From: a bacterium
Lineage (GTDB): Bacteria; UBA8248
DNA length: 64,000 nt
Assembly (NCBI GenBank): GCA_965207065.1
Contig: OZ242260.1
Coordinates: 1,600,001 to 1,664,000 of the forward strand
Direction: 5' to 3'
Shown here: piece after piece, positions 1-9,808 of the stretch
Position numbering within the stretch: the stretch's first letter is position 1
Layout: each line of letters starts with the position of its first letter
The notes under the pieces: model-generated
What the model saw: only the letters and a program-made list of their open reading frames with translations
Told to the model about the DNA's origin: nothing
Database searches by the model: none
Translations under genes and position numbers: made by a program

Positions 1-1
1 C

Positions 2-2242
2 ATGCTGGACTGGCGCGAGCGCGAGGACATGACTCCCTCCTCCCGCGCGTTCGCTATCGGGTGGGACGCGCTTTTCATCAGCCTCGCCCTGTATGCCTGC
101 ACCTACCTCATTATCGAGGAAGAAGCCCTGGCGGACAGAAGCGGCGCCGAGACCGGGCTCGACCTCATCGTCGCGGGGCTGGGCCCCGTCATGCTGCTCG
201 AGATGGTGCGCCGCGCGGTGGGCGTACCGCTCTTCATCGTGACGCTGTGCATCGTGGTCTACTCCTACCTGGGCGACGTGACGCTCATCTTTTTTTCCTG
301 TGTTCTCATATTCGTGGGGCTCAAGCGATACGCGAGCCTCAAGGTCGCGGTGGGCTTCGCCGCCCTCGCCGCCTTGTTCCTGCTATGGCCCGGGCGCGGT
401 TTTCTCGACCCGGCCATCTACACGTTCAAGGGAGAGGAACACAGCCGGCTGGCTGCCTACCTGTGGCTCACCTCCGAGGGAACGTTCGGAACCATCTCGG
501 CCATCATGAGCGAGTTCATTTTCATCTTCATCCTGTTCTCCGCCCTGCTGGAGGCGACGGGCACCGGGCAGATACTCATCAACCTGGCCTTCGCGCTCAC
601 GGGCCGCTTCCGCGGGGGACCCGCCCAGGCGGCCGTCGTCGCGAGTTCGATGTTCGGCATGGTCTCGGGCTCCACGATGGCCAATGTTGTAAGCACGGGC
701 ACGTTCACGATACCGCTGATGATCCGAACCGGATTCTCGCGCCTGTTCGCGGGCGCGGTGGAGGCGGTTGCCTCGTGCGGCGGGCAGATTGTGCCGCCCA
801 TCATGGGCGCGAGCGTCTTCATCATGTCCGAGATCATCGAGGTGCCTTACGTCTACTTGATGCTCTACGGGCTGATTCCCGCCTTTCTGTATTACTTCAG
901 TCTATCCACGTCGATTTATTTCGAAGCGCGCAGGCTCGGCCTGGAAAGAATGGACAGATCGGAAATACCCGACGCCCGAGAGCAGGTACAGCAGGGGGGC
1001 TACCTTCTGATCCCCGTGCTGATCCTGCTGGGCAGCATCGTGAGCGGCGAGACGCCGGGCCTTGCGGGATACAAGGCGGTGATCTCGCTCATTGTGATGG
1101 TGGATCTTGTGCGCTCGCTGAGGTTCATCCGGGTGCGGTGGGGAAACCCGGGGGTCTGTCTGGCGGGCGCACTGATCCTGGCGGCCATCTTCTTCGCCTT
1201 CGGTCCGGTGAGCGCGCCGGCGGCCATCTCTCAGAACGTCCACCTTCCCCTGTGGGGCGAGGTTCCGCTCCACAGGATGGCGTTGGTTTTGCTCGGGGTC
1301 TGCTTTGCGGTGGTTCCGGGGTGGCGGGGGCTTCCCATCGTCTTTCCCGTCGCGCTGGGTCTGGCGCGCTGGAAGATACCATCTGAACTCGGGTGGATAG
1401 GCCAGATACCCTTCGTCGGGATATTGCTGCCCATCGCGTTGTGCTGCATGGTGGTCTATCTGATCGCGCTGCCGGTGTTCAGGGCGGGGGAGACGCCCGA
1501 GGCGAAGGCGAGCGCGCGCGATCTGGGCGGCGCCGTCTGGAGGAGCCTGGAGGCGGGGGCGAAAAACGCCCTTGGTCTGGTCGCGGCCACCTCGGCCATC
1601 GGCCTCATCGTCGGCCTGTTGGTGCTCGCAGCTGTCGGCGTGCGCATATCGATCCTGGTGACGGAGATGGCCGCGACCTCCCTGTTCCTCGCGTTTTTCC
1701 TGGTGATGATCGCCTCGCTCGTGATGGGCATGGGGCTTCCGACCATCGCCGCCTATCTTCTTTTGGTGATCGTGGTGGCGCCCTCGGTCACGAGCCTGGG
1801 CGCGCCGCTGGTGGCCGCGCACTTCTTTATCTTCTATTTTGGGGTCATCAGCTCCATCACGCCGCCGGTCGCATTGGCCGCCTACGGCGCGTCGGGCATT
1901 TCGGGCGCGAACCCGATGCAGACGGGCTTCACCGCCTGCCGGCTGGCGGTCACCGCCTTCATCGTGCCGTACCTGTTCGTCTACTACCCCGAACTCCTGT
2001 TGCTCGAGGGAACGTACTGGACGGTGGCTTACCGTCTCGCCGTGAGTTGCGCCGGAATCGCGCTTCTCTCGATGGCGACGATGGGCTTCGGTAGAGCGCC
2101 GATGAGCGCACCGCTGCGAACCGTCATGACGGGCGCGTCCCTGCTTCTGTTCCTGGGGCCTGCGTGGCTGCACGTTCTGGGTCTGGCTGCGGGGGGCGCG
2201 GTCCTGTTCCGCCAGAAGGCGGGTGCGGGAGAAGCTACTTGA
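2..2242 (+). CDS. TRAP transporter fused permease (4TM/12TM fusion), probably 5' truncated by window edge
   Basis: Many TM segments; motifs GRFRGGPAQAAVVASSMFGMVSGS, ASCGGQIVPPIMGA, MGMGLPT, ITPPVALAAY typical of DctM-like TAXI-TRAP fusions. Confidence 0.9.
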   Translation: MLDWREREDMTPSSRAFAIGWDALFISLALYACTYLIIEEEALADRSGAETGLDLIVAGLGPVMLLEMVRRAVGVPLFIVTLCIVVYSYLGDVTLIFFSCVLIFVGLKRYASLKVAVGFAALAALFLLWPGRGFLDPAIYTFKGEEHSRLAAYLWLTSEGTFGTISAIMSEFIFIFILFSALLEATGTGQILINLAFALTGRFRGGPAQAAVVASSMFGMVSGSTMANVVSTGTFTIPLMIRTGFSRLFAGAVEAVASCGGQIVPPIMGASVFIMSEIIEVPYVYLMLYGLIPAFLYYFSLSTSIYFEARRLGLERMDRSEIPDAREQVQQGGYLLIPVLILLGSIVSGETPGLAGYKAVISLIVMVDLVRSLRFIRVRWGNPGVCLAGALILAAIFFAFGPVSAPAAISQNVHLPLWGEVPLHRMALVLLGVCFAVVPGWRGLPIVFPVALGLARWKIPSELGWIGQIPFVGILLPIALCCMVVYLIALPVFRAGETPEAKASARDLGGAVWRSLEAGAKNALGLVAATSAIGLIVGLLVLAAVGVRISILVTEMAATSLFLAFFLVMIASLVMGMGLPTIAAYLLLVIVVAPSVTSLGAPLVAAHFFIFYFGVISSITPPVALAAYGASGISGANPMQTGFTACRLAVTAFIVPYLFVYYPELLLLEGTYWTVAYRLAVSCAGIALLSMATMGFGRAPMSAPLRTVMTGASLLLFLGPAWLHVLGLAAGGAVLFRQKAGAGEAT

Positions 2243-3851
2243 CGGTCTCTTTTTGTATTTCCTCGACTTCCTGCGGAAAGAGCGCCGCGTGGGTTTCCTC
2301 GAAAAGGTGCTTCCCGACGGCGAGTTGCATGGTGGCGGGCATGACCTTTTTCGCGAGGCGGATCATCTGCGTGGACTTGTCGCGAATGTCCCACTGGGCG
2401 TGGGGGTCTTCCCTGAGCCTCGATACGTGGTAGAGCTCACGCGCGTTCGATGAGAACAGCACGCGCCGTTTATGCGCGTTCGTGAGCACGTAGGGCGCGG
2501 CCAACGGGGTATGCGCGGCGATTTTCTCGTACGCGGCGTTGGTTTCATCCACAGCGGCCTGAAACTCAGGTCTTGCGCCTGCTTCGGGGATAGCCGAGGG
2601 CATCGTCACGCCCAGAGAGATGTCGTAGGGCTGGGTGTTGAGGGTGGACATGCGGTGGCGTTTTAACTGCCCGAAACACGCTGCGGAAAGCGTCACCTCG
2701 AACACGCAGCGCACGTTCTCGAATTCGCGAAGCACGGCGTCGTGACCGCGCATGAGCTTGAAGGTGGAGGCGATGAAGCGCGCGCGTTCATCCTCGCTCA
2801 TCTCTTTGGCCGCCGCCTTACAGTGCGGCATCGTTTTCCCTGAGGAAGAATGGAGCAGCGCCGCGGCGATGAGCGCATCCGCGTCCGGGGTGACGTCGAT
2901 GAGGGAGACGTCTTTCTCTTGGGCGATGGGCGGAACCGGTTCGGTTTCCTCGTCCACTCGCCCCAGGATGTCAGAGGCCGCCTCGCGCAGCGCCGCCCGG
3001 GTGTGGGAGTTGTATTCGGTGGGGTCGGTGTATTTCACGAGCGAGGGCGCGACGCCGCCAACGCATTCATACAGACGGCGCGCGTATTCCCTGATTTCCG
3101 CGAGGGGATGCGAAGCGCAGCGGCAGATGACGTGCTCGAGGCTCCTCGCGCTGAGCGTCATGCCGATTTGTGATTCCGTGGCGAAGGAGACGATGTAGCG
3201 CGCGTCCTCTTTGGCCCAGCCCTCCAGCGTCTTGTGGTTTCTCTTCTTGGCGGCGAGTTCGGGATTCTGGTCGAACACCCAGGGCCTGAGCTTCTCGTAC
3301 AGCACGTGGTAGCAGGCGTTCTGGGCCTTTATCGTCCGTACGAAGAGGTTTTTGAGGCCTGCTTTCTCGATCTCCTCAGGGATTACGAAATCGTCTTCGA
3401 GCAGGATGTAGCGCTGGCTCTTCTCGGTGTAGGCCAGGAGCCTGAATTTCTGAATCTCCTCCACCGCGTAGCGGCTCACGCCGATGACGTCGATGTTGAA
3501 GCTCGCGTGCTCGGCCACGGAACTGTGCCCGTAGCCGAAGATGATGGTCTGGTTGCTCTTTCGCGCCTTCTCCACCTCTTCGCGCGCGATGGCGCGGAGT
3601 TCGTCGATGGGCCGCGGATCGCGGCTGATGCGCGCATAGGACGCGCTGATGGGCTCGGGCGTCAGGTTGTCGCGCTCGATAAAATCAGCCGCCCTGCGCT
3701 GTAGCTCCGCCGCCTGCGCGCGCAGTTCGGCTTCGCTCATGGCGTCGAGACGGCTCTCCTCCCACCCGCGGGCGGCGGGCTCGATGATCTCTTTTTTCAT
3801 CTGGCGGAGCACGTCGACGTCGACGTTGTGACCGGCGAGAACGATGCGCAT
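2235..3851 (-). CDS. thyX: FAD-dependent thymidylate synthase, tandem two-domain form
   Basis: GHSSVAEH, EKSQRY and EDARY in N-half; QLKRHRMS, NARELYH and HAQWDIR in C-half; 538 aa is about twice a single Thy1 domain. Confidence 0.85.
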   Translation of the reverse strand: MRIVLAGHNVDVDVLRQMKKEIIEPAARGWEESRLDAMSEAELRAQAAELQRRAADFIERDNLTPEPISASYARISRDPRPIDELRAIAREEVEKARKSNQTIIFGYGHSSVAEHASFNIDVIGVSRYAVEEIQKFRLLAYTEKSQRYILLEDDFVIPEEIEKAGLKNLFVRTIKAQNACYHVLYEKLRPWVFDQNPELAAKKRNHKTLEGWAKEDARYIVSFATESQIGMTLSARSLEHVICRCASHPLAEIREYARRLYECVGGVAPSLVKYTDPTEYNSHTRAALREAASDILGRVDEETEPVPPIAQEKDVSLIDVTPDADALIAAALLHSSSGKTMPHCKAAAKEMSEDERARFIASTFKLMRGHDAVLREFENVRCVFEVTLSAACFGQLKRHRMSTLNTQPYDISLGVTMPSAIPEAGARPEFQAAVDETNAAYEKIAAHTPLAAPYVLTNAHKRRVLFSSNARELYHVSRLREDPHAQWDIRDKSTQMIRLAKKVMPATMQLAVGKHLFEETHAALFPQEVEEIQKETVK

Positions 3852-4096
3852 GTGAAAGGCCGTTTCCCGAGCGGTGGGTGTCGCTTCTGGTTCATTAAAT
3901 TTTTGGAAGCGCTATTATGAACCTTGGGTTCTGAAAGAACAAGTAGAAAGTTTCAGCGCGGCGCCCAAGCTGAGTTAGCTATTATGCCTGAACTTCTTAG
4001 TTGCGGTTTTTCAAGGGTTTTGGGATGATGTTTTTCATTGTTGCCGCTGAAGAGCCGACGCGCAATGCGTGGCCCTTTTGAGAAAAGAGGAGATTC

Positions 4097-5458
4097 GTGA
4101 ACTCTCTCGTCGCCCGAGCCATTTCCGTTCTCATCATTCTTGCATCTTTCGGCTTGAACATCGCCGCCTCCGAGGCCGGGCGTCCGCGCAAGCGGCCCCC
4201 GCCGCTGGTGTCGGTGGCGAAGGTGGTGGAGCGCCAGGTGAGAAACCGCCTCACCGCCGTCGGCAGCGTGGCGCCCTATCGCCGCTCGGTCGTGAGCAGC
4301 GAACTCGAGGGCCGCGTGCAGTCGGCCCCGATCAAGGTGGGCGATTTCGTCCGCGCGAACAAGACGGTGCTCGCCACCGTGGGGCGCTCGGGTCTCCAAA
4401 TCGACCTGCGCATCCTGCGGGCGGAACTCGAAAAGGCGCGCCAGGACCTTCTGCGCCTGGAGCGTGGAATGCGCCCCGAGGAGATCGCAGCGCATCAGGC
4501 CAAGGTGCGCGAGCGAGAAGCGCAGATGAGAAACAACGAACTCGAACTGAACCGCGCGCGGGATCTGTATGAGAAAAAAATTCTGGACAAGGCCAGTTTC
4601 AACCGCGCCGAGGCCGCCTACGAGGCCAGTTGGCAATTGTTCGAGGAGGCCTCCCGCAACCTGGAGATCGCCAGGCTCGGCCCCCGGAGGGAGGAGAAGG
4701 CCCGCGCCAAGGCGGAAGTGGACCGGGTGCGGGCGCGCGTCGCCCGGGTGCGCGACGATCTGGCCAAGACGAAGATTCGCTCCCCGCTCACGGGCTTTAT
4801 CACCCAGGAATGGGTGGAGGTCGGGCAGTGGCTCACCAAGGGGGGCCGCGTGGCCGAGGTCATCGAACTCGACAGGGTGCTGGTGCAGGCCCCGATTGCG
4901 GAGCGGCGCATATCCCTGGTGCGCGTGGGCGATGAGGCGCGCGTGGTCGTCGACGCGCTGGGAGGCCGGGCGTTCAAGGGCCGGGTGCGCGGCGTCATCC
5001 CCAAGGCGGACCCCAAGAGCCGCACGTTCCCTGTGGAAGTCGAGATAAAAAACACCGAATCCTATGACTTGAAGGCCGGCATGTTCGCCCGCCTGAGCGT
5101 TGAATACGGACAAGCGGCCCGCATGGTTCTGGTACCCAAGGACGCGTTGATGCTCAGGGCGCGGGGTGCTTCGGTCTTCGTGTTCGAGAAAGGGCGCGTT
5201 CGCGAGGTATCCTTCGCGCAGGGCAGAAGCGTGGATTCCTTCATGGAGGTCACGGGCGGCGCGCTCAGGCCCGGTATGCAGGTGGTTGTGAAAGGAAACG
5301 AGAGATTGAGAGCCGGGATGCCCGTTCGCTTGCAGGGTAAGGGCGGCAGGCCCGGCGGAGGACGCGGCGGCCCTCCGAGAGGCGGCGCTCCTCGCGGAGG
5401 CAGTCCCGGAAGAGGTGGAAAGCCCGCCGCTGATTCCCGGCGCGGAGCCGGTGGATGA
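4097..5458 (+). CDS. RND efflux periplasmic adaptor (MFP) with Gly/Arg/Pro-rich C-terminal tail
   Basis: Signal-like N-terminus, lipoyl halves (VKVGD-like, IRSPLTG), coiled-coil hairpin, SRTFPVEV, LKAGMFARL. Confidence 0.9.
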   Translation: MNSLVARAISVLIILASFGLNIAASEAGRPRKRPPPLVSVAKVVERQVRNRLTAVGSVAPYRRSVVSSELEGRVQSAPIKVGDFVRANKTVLATVGRSGLQIDLRILRAELEKARQDLLRLERGMRPEEIAAHQAKVREREAQMRNNELELNRARDLYEKKILDKASFNRAEAAYEASWQLFEEASRNLEIARLGPRREEKARAKAEVDRVRARVARVRDDLAKTKIRSPLTGFITQEWVEVGQWLTKGGRVAEVIELDRVLVQAPIAERRISLVRVGDEARVVVDALGGRAFKGRVRGVIPKADPKSRTFPVEVEIKNTESYDLKAGMFARLSVEYGQAARMVLVPKDALMLRARGASVFVFEKGRVREVSFAQGRSVDSFMEVTGGALRPGMQVVVKGNERLRAGMPVRLQGKGGRPGGGRGGPPRGGAPRGGSPGRGGKPAADSRRGAGG

Positions 5459-5573
5459 TGCGCGTCCGGCTAAGGGCTGTTGAATTCATAGAAGCCAGTA
5501 TGCGGTGGAACGGAAATAGACACAGCCGCGCAAAAGAGCGAATGAAAGAGAAGCCGCCGATGAAGGAGAGGGC

Positions 5574-8500
5574 ATGAATCTGCCCCGCGCGAGCGTTAAA
5601 TACCCCGTCACGACTACCGTCGGGGTCATACTGGCGGTGCTCTTCGGCGCGATCAGCCTCTACTGGATTCCGGTGCAGATGACGCCCACGATTGACAGGC
5701 CCGTCATCACGGTGGAGACCGAATACAGGGGCGCGGCGCCGCTGGAGGTGGAGGAAGAGGTGTCGAAACCCATCGAGGAGAAGCTCACCTCGGTGGAGGG
5801 CCTGAACCGGATGACCTCGCGCAGCGAGGAGGGAAAGTCGCGCGTCTTTCTTGAATTCGACTGGGACGTGAACAAGGACGTGGCCCGCCTCGACGTCTCG
5901 GAAAAGCTGGGTCTCGTGCGCAACCTGCCCGATGATTCGGACCGCTCCACCGTCAACGCGCTCAACTCAGATGCGGAAAACCCCATCGCCTGGATGGTCG
6001 TCGAGACCGATCTCCCCATCAACGAGGTTCGCATCGAGGCGGATAACGTCATCCGCCCCAAGCTCGAGCGCGTGGAGGGCGTGGGCCAGGTGTGGATGTT
6101 CGGCGGACAAGACAGGGAAGTCCGCGTCACGCTCGATTACGCCGCCATGAGCGCGCGCGGCATCACGGTGTCCGCCCTCAGAGAGGCCCTGCAGCGCGAG
6201 AACAAGAACACCAAGGCGGGGAAGATCGACGAGGGCAAGCGCAGCTATTCGGTTCGCACGGTGGGCAACTTCACCCGCCTCGATCAGCTGCGCAACACCA
6301 TCATCGCGCAAAACGGGAGCGGCGCCGTCTACCTGCGCGACGTCGCGAAGGTTTCCTTCGACTACGGCGATCTCCAGCGGCGGATTCGCGTCCGGCGGAA
6401 GCCTACCCTGGCTTTCGGCGCCTTGCGGAAAACCGGCGCCAACACCATCGAGGTGATGGCGGGGGTTAAAAAGGCGCTCGCCGAGATCAACGAAATCTAT
6501 GCGGGGCGCGGCATCAGGCTCAAGCAGGTCTATGACGAGACCGTCTACATCGACCAGTCCCGTTCCCTCGTGATCAACAACATCTTCATTGGCGGCGCTT
6601 TGGCGATAGGCGTGCTGCTCCTGTTCCTGGGCAGTCTTTCGAGCGTCATGATCATCGGCGTCGCGATTCCGGTCACCGTGGTCTCCACGTTCATCTTCAT
6701 CTTCGTGCTGGGCCGATCCATCAACATCATCTCCCTCGCGGGCATGGCGTTCGCCGTCGGCATGGTGGTGGACAACTCCGTCGTGGTGCTGGAGAACATC
6801 TTCCGCCACCGCGAGATGGGCAAGAGCAAGTGGGACGCCGCCGTGGACGGCGCGCACGAGGTATGGGGAGCGGTGCTGGCCTCCACGCTCACCACGCTGG
6901 CCGTCTTCGTCCCGGTGGTGTTCGTTCAGGACGAATCGGGCCAGCTCTTCCGCGACATCGCCATCGCCATCAGTGTGGCGGTGGCTCTCTCCCTCATCGT
7001 ATCCATCTCCGTGGTGCCCATGCTCAGTTCGCGCATCCTAAGCGGGGCGGGGAAAATATCACCGGTGGGTCGCTTATTCAGCGCCCTGGGGGTGTATGCG
7101 CTGGGCAGGCTTTGCCGGCGAATCTACGTGGCTACCCTGGGCTGGCTGCTGCGCGGGGTGATGAGACGCGTCATCGTGGCCGCGCTCATCACGGCGGGCG
7201 CCATCGCCGTGGCGGTTTTGTCCTTTCCTCCGATCGACTATCTGCCGAAAGGCAACCGCAACCTCCTGTTCGTGATCGTGCGCACGCCCGCAGGGCTGAA
7301 CCTCGAAGAAGTGGACAAGGTCGTGCAGACTCTGGAGGCGAAGCTGGAGCGCGCCCCGGAAGTTGACCGGTTTTTCGCCGTGGTGCGTACGCAAAACCCC
7401 ATTGTCGGCATCATCGCCAAGAAGGAATACTCCGACCTCGCCTCCATGCGGAGCCTCGTGCAAAAGTTGTTCAGAAACCTCCAGGGGACGCCCGGGGTGC
7501 GCACGTTCGTCACCCAGGCTCCCCTGTTCCGGCGGCGGGGTTCCGGCTTCATCGGCGGGATTAACCTCAAGGTCGACATCACGGGAGACGGTTTGAGCGA
7601 GATTCAGCGCATTGCCGGAGACGTGGGGGCCCGCGCGCGCGGGCTCGGCGGCGTGCGTTTCGTGAACTCGAGTTTCGATTTGGGTAATCCCGAGCTTCAG
7701 GTGCACGTGGATCGCCAGAGGGCGTCGGATTTCGGCGTGTCGGTCGCAGAACTCGGGAGCGTTGTGGAGACGCTCGTGAACGGAACCAAGGCGGGCATTT
7801 TCCGGGATCGCGGAGAGGAACTCGACATTATCCTGCGCGGGCCGCTTTCGGATTTCACCCAGACGCAGCGGATCGAGGAACTCAAGCTGCACACGCCCGA
7901 GGGGCAGGTCGTTTCGCTCGGGGACATCGCCCGGGTGCAGGCGGCGCTCGGGCCGACTAAGGTCGAACACATCGACCGCGACCGCTCGGTTACGCTCACG
8001 GTCAACATCGGCAGCGAGCTGCCGCTTCAGGTGGCGATCGACAAGATGAAGAAAGAGGTCATCGAACCGATGCGCCAGACGCTTCCGCTCGGCTATTCGC
8101 TGGGCGTGAGCGGGCGGGCGAAGGACCTGGAGCGGACCTGGGCGTCGCTCAAGTGGTCGCTGTTGCTCGCGCTCCTGATTACCTATCTGCTGATGGCCGC
8201 CCTGTTCGAGGCTTGGAGCTACCCGCTCATCATCATGTTCAGCGTGCCCTTCGCCGCCACGGGCGGCGTGCTGATGGTGAGCCTCATGAACACGATAGAA
8301 CCGTCGGTGAAGATGGACACGCTCACCATGCTGGGCTTCATCATCCTCACTGGCATCGTGGTAAACAACGCGATTCTTCTCGTCCACCAGGCGCTGAACC
8401 ATTTCCGCGCCGGTCTGCCCATGCGCGAGGCGATTCTAGAGAGCGCGCGCGACAGGATGCGCCCCATCTTCATGACGACCACGACGACCGTGCTCGGCAT

Positions 8501-8777
8501 GCTGCCCCTGGTGGTCTCCTCGGGTTCTGGCAGCGAGCTCTACCGGGGACTGGGCTCGGCCGTCCTTGGCGGACTGGCAATGTCCACGATCTTCACCCTG
8601 CTGCTGATACCGGTCGTCTTCTCGCTGTGGGTGGATTTCCTCGCGCTCATAAGGCCTGCGAGCTTCGCCGCCGGAGCGGCGGTTACATCGCCGAGCGGCG
8701 CCAGCGGCGCGCCCTCAAATCGCGTACGACCCCGGAAAGCGGTCAACCTGATCGAACAAGAGGAAGAAGAAGCGTAA
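5574..8777 (+). CDS. RND efflux permease (AcrB/AcrD/AcrF family)
   Basis: 1067 aa; GMVVDNSVVVLENI, GIVVNNAILLV, RMRPIFMTT motifs; follows MFP gene. Confidence 0.95.
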   Translation: MNLPRASVKYPVTTTVGVILAVLFGAISLYWIPVQMTPTIDRPVITVETEYRGAAPLEVEEEVSKPIEEKLTSVEGLNRMTSRSEEGKSRVFLEFDWDVNKDVARLDVSEKLGLVRNLPDDSDRSTVNALNSDAENPIAWMVVETDLPINEVRIEADNVIRPKLERVEGVGQVWMFGGQDREVRVTLDYAAMSARGITVSALREALQRENKNTKAGKIDEGKRSYSVRTVGNFTRLDQLRNTIIAQNGSGAVYLRDVAKVSFDYGDLQRRIRVRRKPTLAFGALRKTGANTIEVMAGVKKALAEINEIYAGRGIRLKQVYDETVYIDQSRSLVINNIFIGGALAIGVLLLFLGSLSSVMIIGVAIPVTVVSTFIFIFVLGRSINIISLAGMAFAVGMVVDNSVVVLENIFRHREMGKSKWDAAVDGAHEVWGAVLASTLTTLAVFVPVVFVQDESGQLFRDIAIAISVAVALSLIVSISVVPMLSSRILSGAGKISPVGRLFSALGVYALGRLCRRIYVATLGWLLRGVMRRVIVAALITAGAIAVAVLSFPPIDYLPKGNRNLLFVIVRTPAGLNLEEVDKVVQTLEAKLERAPEVDRFFAVVRTQNPIVGIIAKKEYSDLASMRSLVQKLFRNLQGTPGVRTFVTQAPLFRRRGSGFIGGINLKVDITGDGLSEIQRIAGDVGARARGLGGVRFVNSSFDLGNPELQVHVDRQRASDFGVSVAELGSVVETLVNGTKAGIFRDRGEELDIILRGPLSDFTQTQRIEELKLHTPEGQVVSLGDIARVQAALGPTKVEHIDRDRSVTLTVNIGSELPLQVAIDKMKKEVIEPMRQTLPLGYSLGVSGRAKDLERTWASLKWSLLLALLITYLLMAALFEAWSYPLIIMFSVPFAATGGVLMVSLMNTIEPSVKMDTLTMLGFIILTGIVVNNAILLVHQALNHFRAGLPMREAILESARDRMRPIFMTTTTTVLGMLPLVVSSGSGSELYRGLGSAVLGGLAMSTIFTLLLIPVVFSLWVDFLALIRPASFAAGAAVTSPSGASGAPSNRVRPRKAVNLIEQEEEEA

Positions 8778-8986
8778 GGGGGTTGTTGAAAAAGTCCTTG
8801 TATCCCCCCGGTCGACGACGTGATGATCCCGTAGGGACAGGCCTCCATGCCTGTCCTTTTGCAGGATGGTTTCAATCAGGACAGGCACGAAGGCCTGTCC
8901 CTACGGTGAATAATTCGATGATCGGGATTCCCTCCCCTTGAGGGGTTTTCGATGGCCTTCCTCGGGAGGCTTCTTCAACAACCCCC
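8778..8986. mobile_element. MITE-like element with 17-bp terminal inverted repeats, TAA target duplication and internal GTAG-type REP pair
   Basis: GGGGGTTGTTGAAAAAG ... CTTCTTCAACAACCCCC (1 mismatch), TAA on both flanks; inside GTAGGGACAGG..CCTGTCC and its inverted partner. Confidence 0.7.
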
Positions 8987-9783
8987 TAACCACTCGCTTC
9001 GGCCAGGAATGAATCCACGGCCGCGTTCCATTCGGTGTGGGAGCGGCGGTAGCTGTAGTGGCCTCCCTCCTCCAGGATCACGAGCTCAGAACCCGCTATC
9101 GCCTTCTGCAGGTCCTGGGCGAAATACGGCGGGGTGAGGGCGTCGTCCTTTGCGGCGATGATGAGCGAGGGCTTGTCGATCTTGTGAATCTCTGACGTCC
9201 TGTCGTGGGAGAGCGTCATGTCGAGGCGCGCGGTGATGACATCAACGGGCGCGATGGTGTCCTTCTGGCGCGCTTCGAGGTCGAGCAGGTTCTCGTACAT
9301 GTTCCGGAACTGCGTCCACCCGCACGTCCAGAGCGAACTGAACTTGATGTATTCCTCCAGCCCGTAGGCCTCGGCGATCTGCTTGCGCGAGGTCTGTAAG
9401 CGCGTCATGTAGGGGTCCGCCGTCGTCCAGGTGTTGGTGAATACGCAGCAGTTGATCCGGTCGGGATAATCGAGCGCGAGGTTCTGCAGTATGCAGCCTC
9501 CGGTTGACGTGCCCGCCACGTGGGCCTTTTCGATTCCCAGCGTGTCGAGCAGGGCGACCGCGTCCTGCGCGATGATGCCGGTGGAATAGGCGTCTTTGGG
9601 CTTGTCGCTCTCGCCCGTGCCCCGGTGGTCGAAGGTGATGCAGCGGTAGCGATCCGAGAAATGGGGCATCTGGAAATCCCAGGCGTCGAGAAGGCCCATG
9701 AGGCCGGGGATGAAGAGGAACGCCTCCCCCTCTCCTCGTTCCGCGTAGTTGAGTTGCACCTCACCTGCTTGAATGCGTGGCAT
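8986..9783 (-). CDS. alpha/beta hydrolase (RutD/enol-lactonase-like)
   Basis: DHRGTGES, nucleophile elbow GTSTGG, DDALTPP, GGH catalytic His. Confidence 0.85.
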   Translation of the reverse strand: MPRIQAGEVQLNYAERGEGEAFLFIPGLMGLLDAWDFQMPHFSDRYRCITFDHRGTGESDKPKDAYSTGIIAQDAVALLDTLGIEKAHVAGTSTGGCILQNLALDYPDRINCCVFTNTWTTADPYMTRLQTSRKQIAEAYGLEEYIKFSSLWTCGWTQFRNMYENLLDLEARQKDTIAPVDVITARLDMTLSHDRTSEIHKIDKPSLIIAAKDDALTPPYFAQDLQKAIAGSELVILEEGGHYSYRRSHTEWNAAVDSFLAEASG

Positions 9784-9808
9784 GGTTTCTCCTTTCAGAT
9801 TTTATGAT

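Noticed and set aside
61-2173. Long alternative-frame ORFs (also 7074-8402, 55531-56856 and the 59530-60153 extension)
   Set aside because: Arg/Gly/Pro-rich shadows typical of high-GC coding DNA overlapping well-supported genes
5335-5458. RGG-rich tail of the MFP as an RNA-binding domain
   Set aside because: Gly-rich disordered tails are common on periplasmic adaptors and the location argues against RNA contact
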